From Bacillota bacterium (GTDB lineage: Bacteria; Bacillota; Clostridia; Acetivibrionales; DSM-1351), in the NCBI GenBank assembly GCA_023392075.1, contig JAEVZU010000183.1, positions 44,805 through 108,804 on the forward strand: 64,000 nt of DNA. The letters run 5' to 3'. Below, one piece after another: positions 1 to 10,167 of this stretch (position 1 is the stretch's first letter; the number at the start of each line of letters is the position of its first letter). Below the pieces are notes generated by a model, which was given only the letters and a program-made list of their open reading frames with translations, was not told where the DNA came from and did no database searches. A program made the translations under genes and the position numbers.

Positions 1-292
1 CAGTCAGGGCCGTCATTTCCTTTGCGTCCTTATATCCGGTTTCACCGACACAGGCATTTGCATTGCCGCTGTTAATAACAATAGCCCTGGCGATGCCGTT
101 CTTTATATGCTCCATCGATACTTGAAGGGAATGTCCCTTTACAACATTTGTGGTAAAAACTCCAGATGCCACTGCATTATCTTCCGAACAGACAATTGCC
201 AGGTCCTTATTGTTGTTCTTTTTTATTCCACAGGCCACACCGGCAGCCGTATAACCTTTTGGAGCTGTAACTCCGCCTTCAATCACATTCAT
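1..292 (-). CDS. argJ: Bifunctional ornithine acetyltransferase/N-acetylglutamate synthase ArgJ, 5' part (runs off the window)
   Basis: Manual minus-strand translation from ATG at 292: MNVIEGGVTAPKGYTAAGVACGIKK..KDLA..GVFTTN..AIVINSGNANAC. The GGAG RBS lies upstream. Not in the ORF track. Confidence 0.93.
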   Translation of the reverse strand, partial: MNVIEGGVTAPKGYTAAGVACGIKKNNNKDLAIVCSEDNAVASGVFTTNVVKGHSLQVSMEHIKNGIARAIVINSGNANACVGETGYKDAKEMTALT

Positions 293-839
293 TTTTATCT
301 CCATTTCCGACACGGGATAAATCAAATATCCCATATAAAACCAGATCTTTCAGGCTGTATAAGAAACTTCAGAAGTCTCTCCGGGATATTATAAATTTAT
401 ACTCTTGCCTTAATTTAGTTAACTGATACAAATACATATCTAATCCATACAAGCTATATTAACCTCTAAAGCCATTTTATGGCTTTAAACCCCAGCAACG
501 GCCATAAATTGAAATAAAATTTGTTCAAGCCTCTGCCGCTACAGGCGAGTATAGGGGTTAATAGCCATGCGTGTTTTCAAAGTATTCTGCAAAATTTATT
601 GTTTAAATAAAGTACTGACTGATACTTTGAAAAGCTGTTATTTGTAAGTTATTATACATAAATATGACAAATGAATCAATTAAAATTAGCATGTTCATAT
701 TCACATGCATATATTCAGGCAAAATATTAAAATAAAAATCAGTTTAAGTTTACAGTACTTCAATTTTATACTGTGATTTGACAGAATGTTGAGAGACAAT
801 TTAACCGGTAAACGAGGTAACTCTATTTTTGAAAATAGA

Positions 840-894
840 TTGACATAATTTTCAAAACTATGCTAATATTACAGTTAGCATATGCTAACTGTAA
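840..894 (+). promoter_or_regulatory. sigmaA-type promoter with a perfect 26-bp palindromic operator
   Basis: TTGACA (840-845), TGc-TAATAT (about 861-869), and TTACAGTTAGCATATGCTAACTGTAA (869-894), which is its own reverse complement. Confidence 0.7.
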
Positions 895-914
895 CGGAAG
901 GAGAGGAACAGATT

Positions 915-3900
915 TTGAAGTTTACTAATTTAAAAAAGCAATTACGAAGGCTTTCAGGAGTTGTAACAGCATTGGCTGTTGCGGTCTCGGTCCTTGTACC
1001 GGTTTATGCCGGGCAGGCTGACACAGGCACAGGAGGTTTTTCAGTTCTACAGGAAAGCAGTGATGAGCTGCCGGTTACAACCACCCCGGGAGCAATTTTT
1101 ATGGGGGAATCATATGATACGGATTCAGCTTCCGTACAGGTCCGCAGTATTGATCAGTCAGGAGAATATGCCGACGGCACATATCAGGGAACGGGCAGCG
1201 GGTATAAAAGTGAAGTTACTGTTAAGGTTACTATAGCAGATAATACTATTACGAAAATAGAAATAGTATCACAGGACGAGACTCCATCCAAGTGGGGGCA
1301 GGCTCTGGCTATTATAGATGGTATTATAGGAGAAAACTCCACAGAGGTAGATTGTATCAGCGGGGCAACCAGAAGCAGTGAAGGAATCAAGGCTGCAGTG
1401 AATGATGCCTTATCAAAGGCTTTGGAAACCGACACTCGGATTTTTGCCGGCGGAACCGGAGCCAAAAGCGATCCGTATCGTATAGAAAATACGGAACAGC
1501 TTAAAAGATTTGCCGGTAAGGTAAACAGTGGATCCGACTATAAAGGCAAGTACATAACGCTTACAGCGGATATTTCTCTTAACGTCCAGGAATGGACACC
1601 TATCGGAATTGCTGAGAGTACAGCTTTTGCGGGATATTTCAGCGGTGCGGGCAATAATGTGGATGGTCTTGCAATAAACAGCGGAACCGGGCAGTACTCG
1701 GGCCTCTTTGGTTATTTAGGAACTGAGGCCGGTATTTCGGATATTGAGCTTACAAATGTCAGTATTTCAATTACCACCAGTGCAGCAATCTATGCCGGTG
1801 CCATTGCAGGCCGCACGGCAAATGGAGTTGTAATCGACAATTGCAGGATTGACGGAACAGTTTCGGCTTTTGCCGTCGGAGCGTCTAAAATGAGCTGGGC
1901 TGGCGGAGTAGTTGGCTCTCTGGGAATGGAGTGCATAGTTGCAAACTGCTATACAGATGTTGAAGTCAACGCTGAAGCTGCAAGTGCTGCGGCTTACGCA
2001 GGAGGAATTGCCGGTGCGTCCGGAAACAAATGTGTGATTGTGAATGCAGGGACATCAGGAAATGTATCTGTGCGTACACAAAGCACATCACTCAGTGTTG
2101 CAGGCGGAATTTTGGGATCCCATGGAGGCACGGCTTATAATGTATACAGCCGGGGGCTTGTCAGCTCTGAAAGTGCCGACCTTACCAAGTGTCTGACCGG
2201 CGGAGTAAGCGGAATGGTAACACCTAATACGGCTCTCGTAAATGCCTATTATAATGATCAAAATCCCAGGGCGTTCATGACGGCAACTTCAACTATTACC
2301 GGTTATGTTGAAAACAATGTTACTGCCGTCAGCCATGGAGATATGGCTACAACAAACTTTGCCGAAAAGCTGAACACCGGATTGAAAAGGGCATCAATAG
2401 CAAATGCGGCAGCTGTCATCGAGAGTGCAAACAAGCCAAACATGGGGAATCTGTCCGGCGCTGTAAGCTCGGCGGGAAGCCTTTATGAGTGGGAGCCCGG
2501 TATCGGCGGTGCTGTACTTTCGGGCAGGACCTTTGTTGATGATACAATTGATACCGGTATCTTTGAAAGCGGAAAAGGAACAGAAGATAGTCCATATATA
2601 ATTAAAACCGAGGAACAGTTTAGAGCATTTGCAAAATCCCTTTCGGATGACATAACCTATTCGGGAATATATATTGCACTGGACGGAGATATAGATGTAT
2701 CAAGCGAACAGTGGATATGTATAGGCCTTGGTCATTATGCCTTTCAGGGTGTGTTTGACGGAAAGGGTCATACGGTCAGGGGAATGTTCATCGGGGCCAA
2801 GGGCAGTCCGTATGAAGAAGCAAAAACGGACGGCATTGACACAAGTAAAATGACAACTTTTTATGGACTGTTTGGTGTAATAGGTGAAAATGGTCTTGTA
2901 AAGAATTTAAGTATTAAAGATGCAGTCATTTCTGTAAATAATGGTATGAGCTCTTATTCAGGACTGCTTGCAGGCCTTGTAAACAAGGGCTATATTGACA
3001 GCTGCCAAGCAGAGGGCTATGTATATGGTGAGACAACAAATCAGAAAGCCAACGCATGGGCAGGAGGGCTCATAGGGCAGACCGTAAGAGGCGGCGTCAT
3101 AAACTCCTGGACAAATGCCGAGGTTTATTGTGCAGCCGTAGGTGGTCTTTCCGAAGCAGGAGCCTTTATAGGTATGACAAACAGAAGCGTGGTTGCAAAT
3201 TGCTTTGCACTTGGTGATACGGGCGGAAAGGCAAGCAGGGATAACGGAAACGAAGGAATGCCGGCGGTATCTTCATTTATTGGTGTCAATGGGGGCAAAA
3301 TGGCAAACTGTTACGCTGCAGGAAATATGAAGGCCGATTCCTTTTCACAATATGTAGGCTCAATAGCGGGGTGGTCCACGGGGATTGCCCGGCAGTTTAT
3401 ATCATACTATAATTCGGAAGCTGTGCAGAACAGCAACGGTACAATCAATAATCCCGTTATAGATGTGGGGTTTATGGTAAGTGCAGGTGTGAATGACGAG
3501 GGCGAGCCCTACGACGGTACATACCATGTTGGTATCCAGCCGAAAAGCCCGGCCGAGCTTAAAAGTACTGCTTTCGTTGAACTTTTGAATTCAAACCACA
3601 AAGCTTTTCCTCTGGATATTGTCAACGGGGAGAGCTCAAATACTGGAGAACAGAATGCCATGGGTTTACCGGGTTTTATGAAGCTCAGGGAATGGAAGCT
3701 TGTTGACGGCATTGTGCTGCCTGTGGGTGAGCGGATTGCAATAACATATAAGGATATGACTCCGGAGTTTGAGCCTGATAAGCTGAATATCACAGACGGA
3801 ACATATTTTGGAAGAGCTGTAGGACCAAGCGGGAAATACATCTTTGTAGTTATAACTGTAAAAAATAACTATATAACGGCCATCAGTGTTAAAGAGCACA

Positions 3901-5927
3901 GTGAGGGTGAGGCACTTGAAAATGTTGCTTCGGAAGTGATTGCGGCCGTCATCTCAAGTCAGAGCTATGCCAGGGGAAACGATGACAGCGAAATAGTCAA
4001 GGTATTAAAGAGTGCAATAGCGACAGCAGCAGAGAAAGCTGAAAATCGTGATTTCACAGGCTACGGTAAAGTTGACCCCTCCATATTTGCGGGTGGAGAT
4101 GGAACTAAGGCCAATCCCTATGTGATTAACACTGCAAATCAGCTTAAGGCATTTGCGGAATCTGTAAATGTTGACGAGCATTATGAAGGCAAGTTCATTA
4201 AGCTTGGAAGTGATGTTTCCCTGGCAGGAATAAACTGGCTGCCGGTTGGAGGTTCGGGTGCCTATGGCTTCAGAGGAAACTTTGACGGAAATAATAAGGT
4301 CATAAGCAACATGACAATAGGTTCTGAAGCAGAACCGGAGTCATACTGTAAATCAGTCGGACTCTTTGCAAATCTTGAAGCGGCAAAAATAAAAAATTTA
4401 GGAATACAGAACGCTGTTATTTATCAAAGGTATCTGGGGGATTCCATAGCTTATGCCGGACTTCTGGCCGGCTATGTTGCAGAAAATGCAGGGGACAACG
4501 GATATATCGATTTCTGCTATGCCAAGGGGAAAATAAACAGCTACTCCGCAAAGCAAAATGACAGCGGGGGACTGATTGGTGCCATCAACCGTGGTACAAT
4601 AGCAAACTGCTTTGTGGATGTTGCAATAATCGGGCAGAGCAGGGACGGCTATTGCTATGCCGGAGGACTTGTCGGCCTGCCAAACAGAGCGGCTGTTGTC
4701 AATAACTATGCACTCGGAAGTATAAGAGGCACGGGAAATGGTGCAAGGATACAGATAGGCGGAATATCAGGCATGAATGCTGCAGTTGCTGTAAATAATT
4801 TTTCTGTTGTGAACCTTGCATCGGAAAATACAACAGTTGATATAGGAGGCTTTTCAGGCAGAGTTTCGGGTATAGGTTATGTTGAGAATGCCTACTTTAG
4901 TATAGATACGCGCCAGCTAAGCGGAGCTGCAGCTGTTTCTCCTGTAAAAGGCGTAGGAACTATTGTACCCGGGAGCAATTATGGGAAAGGAACGGTTATA
5001 GCTCTTGAGGGCAAGACTTTATCAGAGCTTAAAAGCACAGCTTTTGCTGATCTGCTTAATACCAACAGGAACAACAGTGATCTCATAAGCAGAGCCAATG
5101 TCGTATTAGCGGAGTTTGGTACAAAAATTGCAGCTGAAGTGACCTTGCGTGATTGGGCATATTCATCAAAAGATCAAGCTGTAATTTTCAAGGACCGGAT
5201 TGTAAAATCCCCATCCGGCGGTGATTTACCCTCAACCGGAGGTTCTTCATCCGGCGGCGGTTCACCCTCATCCGGAAGCAGTTCTTCACCGGCTTCAAGC
5301 AAGAATGATGATGCTGAAAAGGCCGGGGAAGGGAAAAAAGAAACTGAAAATAACCCGGGTATTTCCTACGGAGAAACAGCAGCCAATTTATTCTCCGATG
5401 TCAGGAATCACTGGGCAGCCGAATCAATCGGAAAGGCCGTGGAAAAGAAACTTTTTGCAGGTGTGAGCCAGCATGAATTTGCTCCGGATAATACTATGAC
5501 AAGAGCCATGTTTGTTACCGTTCTTGGAAAGCTGGCTGATGCTGAGGGAATAGAGACAGGTATTTTTAAAGATGTTAAGAGTAATACATGGTATTCCGGC
5601 TACGTGGGCTGGGCCAGCAAAGCGGGTATAGTAAGCGGAATCAGCCCTGATAAATTTGGTACGGGCAGTCCTGTTACAAGAGAGCAGATAGCTGTGATGC
5701 TGTACAATTTTACCAGGCTGAAAGGACTGGAAGTGACCGGAGAAGGAAAAACAAACTTTGTTGACGATGCTTCCATAAGTAATTGGGCAAGGTCAGCTGT
5801 TTCTGCCATGGCCAAAGAAGGTATTATAGGAGGCAGAGATGATGGGAGTTTTGATCCGGGGGGAATAGCAACAAGAGCGGAGGCAGCTGTAATGATTGTA
5901 AACTTTATGGAGAGATACGGTTTATAG
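915..5927 (+). CDS. Large secreted S-layer-anchored protein: two FMN-binding (FMN_bind) domains, three GLUG-like beta-helical repeat blocks, Ser/Gly linker, three C-terminal SLH domains
   Basis: Signal peptide; DGTYQGTGSGY..VDCISGATRSS FMN_bind motif; repeated FAGG.GT..DPY.I blocks; SLH motifs (FSDV..HWA, TRAMF, TREQ, TRAEAA). The likely start is TTG at 915 after GGAGAGG (ORF track starts at 882). Confidence 0.85.
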   Translation: MKFTNLKKQLRRLSGVVTALAVAVSVLVPVYAGQADTGTGGFSVLQESSDELPVTTTPGAIFMGESYDTDSASVQVRSIDQSGEYADGTYQGTGSGYKSEVTVKVTIADNTITKIEIVSQDETPSKWGQALAIIDGIIGENSTEVDCISGATRSSEGIKAAVNDALSKALETDTRIFAGGTGAKSDPYRIENTEQLKRFAGKVNSGSDYKGKYITLTADISLNVQEWTPIGIAESTAFAGYFSGAGNNVDGLAINSGTGQYSGLFGYLGTEAGISDIELTNVSISITTSAAIYAGAIAGRTANGVVIDNCRIDGTVSAFAVGASKMSWAGGVVGSLGMECIVANCYTDVEVNAEAASAAAYAGGIAGASGNKCVIVNAGTSGNVSVRTQSTSLSVAGGILGSHGGTAYNVYSRGLVSSESADLTKCLTGGVSGMVTPNTALVNAYYNDQNPRAFMTATSTITGYVENNVTAVSHGDMATTNFAEKLNTGLKRASIANAAAVIESANKPNMGNLSGAVSSAGSLYEWEPGIGGAVLSGRTFVDDTIDTGIFESGKGTEDSPYIIKTEEQFRAFAKSLSDDITYSGIYIALDGDIDVSSEQWICIGLGHYAFQGVFDGKGHTVRGMFIGAKGSPYEEAKTDGIDTSKMTTFYGLFGVIGENGLVKNLSIKDAVISVNNGMSSYSGLLAGLVNKGYIDSCQAEGYVYGETTNQKANAWAGGLIGQTVRGGVINSWTNAEVYCAAVGGLSEAGAFIGMTNRSVVANCFALGDTGGKASRDNGNEGMPAVSSFIGVNGGKMANCYAAGNMKADSFSQYVGSIAGWSTGIARQFISYYNSEAVQNSNGTINNPVIDVGFMVSAGVNDEGEPYDGTYHVGIQPKSPAELKSTAFVELLNSNHKAFPLDIVNGESSNTGEQNAMGLPGFMKLREWKLVDGIVLPVGERIAITYKDMTPEFEPDKLNITDGTYFGRAVGPSGKYIFVVITVKNNYITAISVKEHSEGEALENVASEVIAAVISSQSYARGNDDSEIVKVLKSAIATAAEKAENRDFTGYGKVDPSIFAGGDGTKANPYVINTANQLKAFAESVNVDEHYEGKFIKLGSDVSLAGINWLPVGGSGAYGFRGNFDGNNKVISNMTIGSEAEPESYCKSVGLFANLEAAKIKNLGIQNAVIYQRYLGDSIAYAGLLAGYVAENAGDNGYIDFCYAKGKINSYSAKQNDSGGLIGAINRGTIANCFVDVAIIGQSRDGYCYAGGLVGLPNRAAVVNNYALGSIRGTGNGARIQIGGISGMNAAVAVNNFSVVNLASENTTVDIGGFSGRVSGIGYVENAYFSIDTRQLSGAAAVSPVKGVGTIVPGSNYGKGTVIALEGKTLSELKSTAFADLLNTNRNNSDLISRANVVLAEFGTKIAAEVTLRDWAYSSKDQAVIFKDRIVKSPSGGDLPSTGGSSSGGGSPSSGSSSSPASSKNDDAEKAGEGKKETENNPGISYGETAANLFSDVRNHWAAESIGKAVEKKLFAGVSQHEFAPDNTMTRAMFVTVLGKLADAEGIETGIFKDVKSNTWYSGYVGWASKAGIVSGISPDKFGTGSPVTREQIAVMLYNFTRLKGLEVTGEGKTNFVDDASISNWARSAVSAMAKEGIIGGRDDGSFDPGGIATRAEAAVMIVNFMERYGL

Positions 5928-6187
5928 CAGCGATTGTATAGTTATGTTAATCTGGATTTATAAGTTTTGGAATAAATAAGCTTGATATTTGCAGGCTTAC
6001 CACAAGTGCAGAATGCCATGCCGCGAAGGGCCAGTTGTCCCGACGGCCTGGGTGTGCTTGTGGTAAGCCAAAATTGACGTTTCTCGTCAGGAATTATATA
6101 CTTTAGAAGAGGAATGAACAGATTTCATCACATTTTGTGGCCGCAATGCGGCTCAAAGCCATAATTATGGCTTAGGGGGTTAATATT

Positions 6188-6850
6188 ATGGGATTTAAAG
6201 CAGTAATTTTTGATCTGGACGGGACATTGATCGATTCTCTTGAAGACTTGGCAGACAGTGCAAATGAAGCCCTGGCAAAACATGGCTTTGCCAGCCATCC
6301 CACGGCCGCTTACAAAAAATTTGTAGGCAATGGGGTGAGACAGCTGATAAAAAGTGCTGTTCCGGCTGGTACAGAGGAAGAGATTGTTGACAGTATCTTG
6401 GCAGATTACAGAATTATCTACAATAACAATTACGTTAATAAAACAAAACCGTATGACAACATACCTGAAATGTTGAGACAGCTTAAGAATGCAGGCATTA
6501 AAATGGCTGTTTGTTCAAATAAACCCCACATGCCCACAAATGAGATTGTTGAAAAGGTTCTTGGAAAAGACTGTTTTGAAGTTATTTTCGGTGAACGGGA
6601 GGGAGTTCCGAGAAAACCTGACCCGGCAGCCCTCCTTGAAGCAGCGGAGCATATGGGGATTACTCCTGCGGAAGTCGTTTATCTTGGAGACTCGGGCGGG
6701 GACATGATATCTGCAAGGAATGCGGGAATGTGTGCCGCAGGAGCATTATGGGGCTTCAGGGAAAAGGCGGAACTGGAGGAGTGCGGTTCCCAGGTTTTAT
6801 TTTCAGATCCGCTGCAGCTGGTTGAATATGTAAACAGGAATAATTCATAG
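6188..6850 (+). CDS. HAD-family hydrolase (phosphoglycolate phosphatase-like)
   Basis: FDLDGTL motif I, SNK, RKPDP and GDS..D motifs. Confidence 0.9.
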   Translation: MGFKAVIFDLDGTLIDSLEDLADSANEALAKHGFASHPTAAYKKFVGNGVRQLIKSAVPAGTEEEIVDSILADYRIIYNNNYVNKTKPYDNIPEMLRQLKNAGIKMAVCSNKPHMPTNEIVEKVLGKDCFEVIFGEREGVPRKPDPAALLEAAEHMGITPAEVVYLGDSGGDMISARNAGMCAAGALWGFREKAELEECGSQVLFSDPLQLVEYVNRNNS

Positions 6851-6921
6851 TTTTTCAATTGTTTTAGTTTTGTAACAACCTCTTGACATCATATTGCAGG
6901 TTTGTATATAATTTTTGTGTA

Positions 6922-7202
6922 AATGGCATTGATGGAAAGAAGTAGCCTTATGTTTGCTGTTCCAGAGAGGGAGTGTTGGTGAAAGCTCTTACAGGGTATA
7001 AGGTGAAGCAGTTCCGGAGCTTCCTGACGTTAAAAAGACAGGACGTGGAAACGGCGTTAACGTTTGTACTAAGAGCCCCGTTCAGGGGAATTAGGGTGGT
7101 ACCGCGTGAGAATATCTCTCGTCCCTTATAAAAGTCAATTGCTTATGTAGAACAGACTGACCGACATGAGCAATTGACTTTGGGATGGGAGTTTTTTATT
7201 TT
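6922..7202 (+). promoter_or_regulatory. T-box riboswitch (Ala) leader of alaS
   Basis: AGAGA and GGTGAA stem I motifs, specifier GAA-GCA, T-box AGGGTGGTACCGCG (about 7093-7106), terminator ending in a T run. Promoter TTGACA 6883 / TATAAT 6907. Confidence 0.9.
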
Positions 7203-7342
7203 ATTGAATCACCGACCTCACGTCTAGATATTTTGGCAGTTTTCGAGGAGGATGGACGGCGCCTTGCTGATGCAAGTCAAGGACGACAACAAAGAAAAGT
7301 GGCAAAATAGACGGCGTGAGGCGTGTTGTACATTGTCAATAG
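7203..7342 (+). repeat. Dispersed intergenic repeat, family B
   Basis: 7207-7281 matches the reverse complement of 42894-42968, and 7299-7342 matches about 62811-62855. Confidence 0.8.
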
Positions 7343-7508
7343 AAGGTATTAACAATTGAAGAAACATGTCAAAAGACACTTTTATAGAATGAACAGCGGG
7401 AAAAGTTGAAAAAATATAGATTTCATGCTGAAAAACACAAGTGCTCTTTTTATTATTTTTGTTTTCATTACTATTGTGTCGCTGCAATGCAGCGGAATGG
7501 AGGATTAG

Positions 7509-10148
7509 ATGCAGAAGTTAGGATTAAATGAGCTTAGAGAACGCTATCTCAGCTTTTTTGAGAGCAAAGGTCATTTGAGAATGGCAAGTGCACCGCTGGT
7601 GCCTAAAAATGACCCGAGCCTTTTACTTATCAACTCGGGAATGGCTCCGCTGAAGCCTTATTTTACAGGTCAGGAGGAACCGCCAAGGAAAAGGGTGACT
7701 ACCTGTCAGAAGTGTATCAGAACTCCTGATATAGAAAACGTGGGAAAAACCGCACGTCATGGGACTTATTTTGAAATGCTTGGAAATTTCTCCTTTGGAG
7801 ATTATTTTAAAAAGGAAGCTATTCCCTGGGCCTGGGAATTTTGTACGCAGGATTTGAAAATGCCCGTCGACAAACTCTGGGTGACAATATATGAGGATGA
7901 TGATGAGGCCTTTGAAATATGGAACAAGGATATCGGACTTCCTCCTGAGAGAATAGTCAGAATGGGAAAAAAGGATAACTTCTGGGAACATGGTACAGGT
8001 CCATGCGGTCCATGTTCTGAAATATATTTTGACAGAGGTCCCGAAAAGGGCTGCGGAAGCCCGGATTGCAAGGTCGGCTGTGAATGTGACCGCTATGTTG
8101 AATTCTGGAACAATGTGTTCACTCAGTTCAACAGAGACGAGCAGGGCAACTATACCAGACTTGCCCATCCGAACATAGATACCGGTATGGGGCTGGAAAG
8201 ACTTGCATGTATATCTCAGGGTGTAGACAATCTCTTTGAAGTTGACACAGTGCTTAACATATTGAATTATATCTGCAAAATAGCAGGCGTTGAATATAAA
8301 AAGTCTGAAAAGACCGACATATCAATCCGTGTAATAACCGACCACATCAGAAGCACTACAATGATGGTATGTGACGGAGTTCTGCCATCAAATGAAGGCA
8401 GAGGCTATGTTTTGAGAAGACTTCTCAGAAGAGCGGCAAGACACGGAAGACTTCTTGGAATCAACAAGCCTTTCCTGTATGATGTTGCAATGGTAGTAAT
8501 TAACGAATCCAAAGAAGCTTATCCTGAACTTGCTGAAAAGGCCGAGTACATCAAAAAGGTTATAAGAATTGAAGAGGAGCGCTTTGAGGCTACTGTTGAC
8601 CAGGGAATAGTTATTCTGAACGAATTTATTTCTGAAATTATGGAAAAGAAGCAGACCGTGCTTCCTGGTGAAATGGTATTCAAGCTGCATGATACCTATG
8701 GTTTTCCGCTGGATCTCACAAGAGAGATTGCAGAGGAAAACGGCCTTGGAATTGATGAGGACGGCTTTAAAAAGGAAATGGATGCCCAGAAGAAAAAAGC
8801 GAGGGACGCTCATAACAGCAGGGATACCTCTGCCTGGGCGGACAGCGTATTCGACAAGCTGGACAAGAGCCTTAAAACGTCCTTTACCGGTTATGAAACA
8901 ACCTCTGCGGATGCAAGGATTCTCTACATTGTAAAAGACGGAGAAATTGCAGAAACGGCCCAGGAGGGAGATGAGGTTACCGTAATACTGGATAGAACCT
9001 CCTTCTATGCCGAAAGCGGCGGACAGGTGGGAGATACCGGGACAATAACCACCAGGAATGGCAAGGTTCAAATCAATGGCTGTACGAAGACTACCGACGG
9101 AAAATACCTGCATACCGGTATTGTGGTCAGCGGTTTAATAGAAACAGGCAATCAGGGCACTGCACAGATAGATGTCAAGAGAAGAATGGCAATATGCAGA
9201 AACCACACAACCACGCACCTATTGCATAAGGCACTGAGAACCGTACTTGGCGATCATGTTCACCAGGCAGGTTCACTGGTGGAGCCAAACAAGCTCAGAT
9301 TCGACTTCAGCCATTTCTCTGCCATGACAGCGGAGGAGCTTAAAAGGGTTGAGGATATGACAAATCAGGCCATACTTGAAAGTATGGAGGTAGACGTCAG
9401 GGAAATGCCCATAGAGGAGGCCAAGAAGCTTGGTGCCATGGCTCTGTTCGGAGAGAAATACGGAAACACGGTCAGAGTTGTAAAGGTTGAGGACTACAGT
9501 ATAGAATTCTGCGGTGGTACTCATTTGAAGAATACAGCACAGGCAGGACTGGTAAAGATACTGGGAGAAAGCGGTGTAGCAGCCGGTGTGAGGAGATTGG
9601 AGGCCCTGACCGGTGAAGCTGCTATCAAATACTATGCCGAGAAGGAAAATCTGTTAAACGAGGTTTCACAGGCTCTGAAGGCTTCACCTCAGGACAGCCT
9701 GAAAAAGGTTGAAGCTATCGGACAGGAACTGAAGAACGCAGAAAAGGAAATCGAACAGCTTCGCAACAAGCTGGTGAGCGGTGAAGCCGACGAAGTTATT
9801 TCAAAAGCTGTTGAAGTCAAGGGTGTTAAAGTAATTACCGCCCGCTTTGATACTCTTGATATAGACGGACTCAGAAATACCGGAGATATGCTTAAAAACA
9901 AGCTGGAATCCGGCGTTGTCGTATTAGGTTCAAGCTATGGGGACAAGGTCAGCTTTATAGTGACGGCTACCAGGGATGTTCTGGCAAAAGGGGTTCATTC
10001 GGGAAATATCATCAAGGAAGTTGCAAAGCTTGCCGGCGGCGGGGGAGGCGGTCGTCCTGACATGGCACAAGCCGGCGGAAAGGACGCAGCAAAGATAAAT
10101 GATGCTCTCAAGGCTGCAATTTCTGTTATTGAGGCGCAGATAAAGTAA
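7509..10148 (+). CDS. alaS: Alanine--tRNA ligase
   Basis: Class II AlaRS motifs, HTTTH..CGGTH editing motif, C-terminal GGGGRPDMAQAGG. Confidence 0.99.
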   Translation: MQKLGLNELRERYLSFFESKGHLRMASAPLVPKNDPSLLLINSGMAPLKPYFTGQEEPPRKRVTTCQKCIRTPDIENVGKTARHGTYFEMLGNFSFGDYFKKEAIPWAWEFCTQDLKMPVDKLWVTIYEDDDEAFEIWNKDIGLPPERIVRMGKKDNFWEHGTGPCGPCSEIYFDRGPEKGCGSPDCKVGCECDRYVEFWNNVFTQFNRDEQGNYTRLAHPNIDTGMGLERLACISQGVDNLFEVDTVLNILNYICKIAGVEYKKSEKTDISIRVITDHIRSTTMMVCDGVLPSNEGRGYVLRRLLRRAARHGRLLGINKPFLYDVAMVVINESKEAYPELAEKAEYIKKVIRIEEERFEATVDQGIVILNEFISEIMEKKQTVLPGEMVFKLHDTYGFPLDLTREIAEENGLGIDEDGFKKEMDAQKKKARDAHNSRDTSAWADSVFDKLDKSLKTSFTGYETTSADARILYIVKDGEIAETAQEGDEVTVILDRTSFYAESGGQVGDTGTITTRNGKVQINGCTKTTDGKYLHTGIVVSGLIETGNQGTAQIDVKRRMAICRNHTTTHLLHKALRTVLGDHVHQAGSLVEPNKLRFDFSHFSAMTAEELKRVEDMTNQAILESMEVDVREMPIEEAKKLGAMALFGEKYGNTVRVVKVEDYSIEFCGGTHLKNTAQAGLVKILGESGVAAGVRRLEALTGEAAIKYYAEKENLLNEVSQALKASPQDSLKKVEAIGQELKNAEKEIEQLRNKLVSGEADEVISKAVEVKGVKVITARFDTLDIDGLRNTGDMLKNKLESGVVVLGSSYGDKVSFIVTATRDVLAKGVHSGNIIKEVAKLAGGGGGGRPDMAQAGGKDAAKINDALKAAISVIEAQIK

Positions 10149-10167
10149 TATTGAAAGGAGCTTTACA

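Noticed and set aside
107..394. 95-aa plus-strand ORF
   Set aside because: Shadow of argJ on the minus strand
640..720. ArgR (ARG) boxes upstream of argJ
   Set aside because: Only loose TGAAT/ATTCA-like matches in AT-rich DNA; not distinguishable from chance by eye
7224..7487. 87-aa minus-strand ORF, and similarly 42970-43155 and the N-terminal extension 62845-62949
   Set aside because: These overlap repeats or leader DNA, lack convincing RBSs and show no protein motifs
7623..9901. Long antisense ORFs within alaS (and similar ones within ftsA, aroF and polA)
   Set aside because: Antisense shadows of conserved genes
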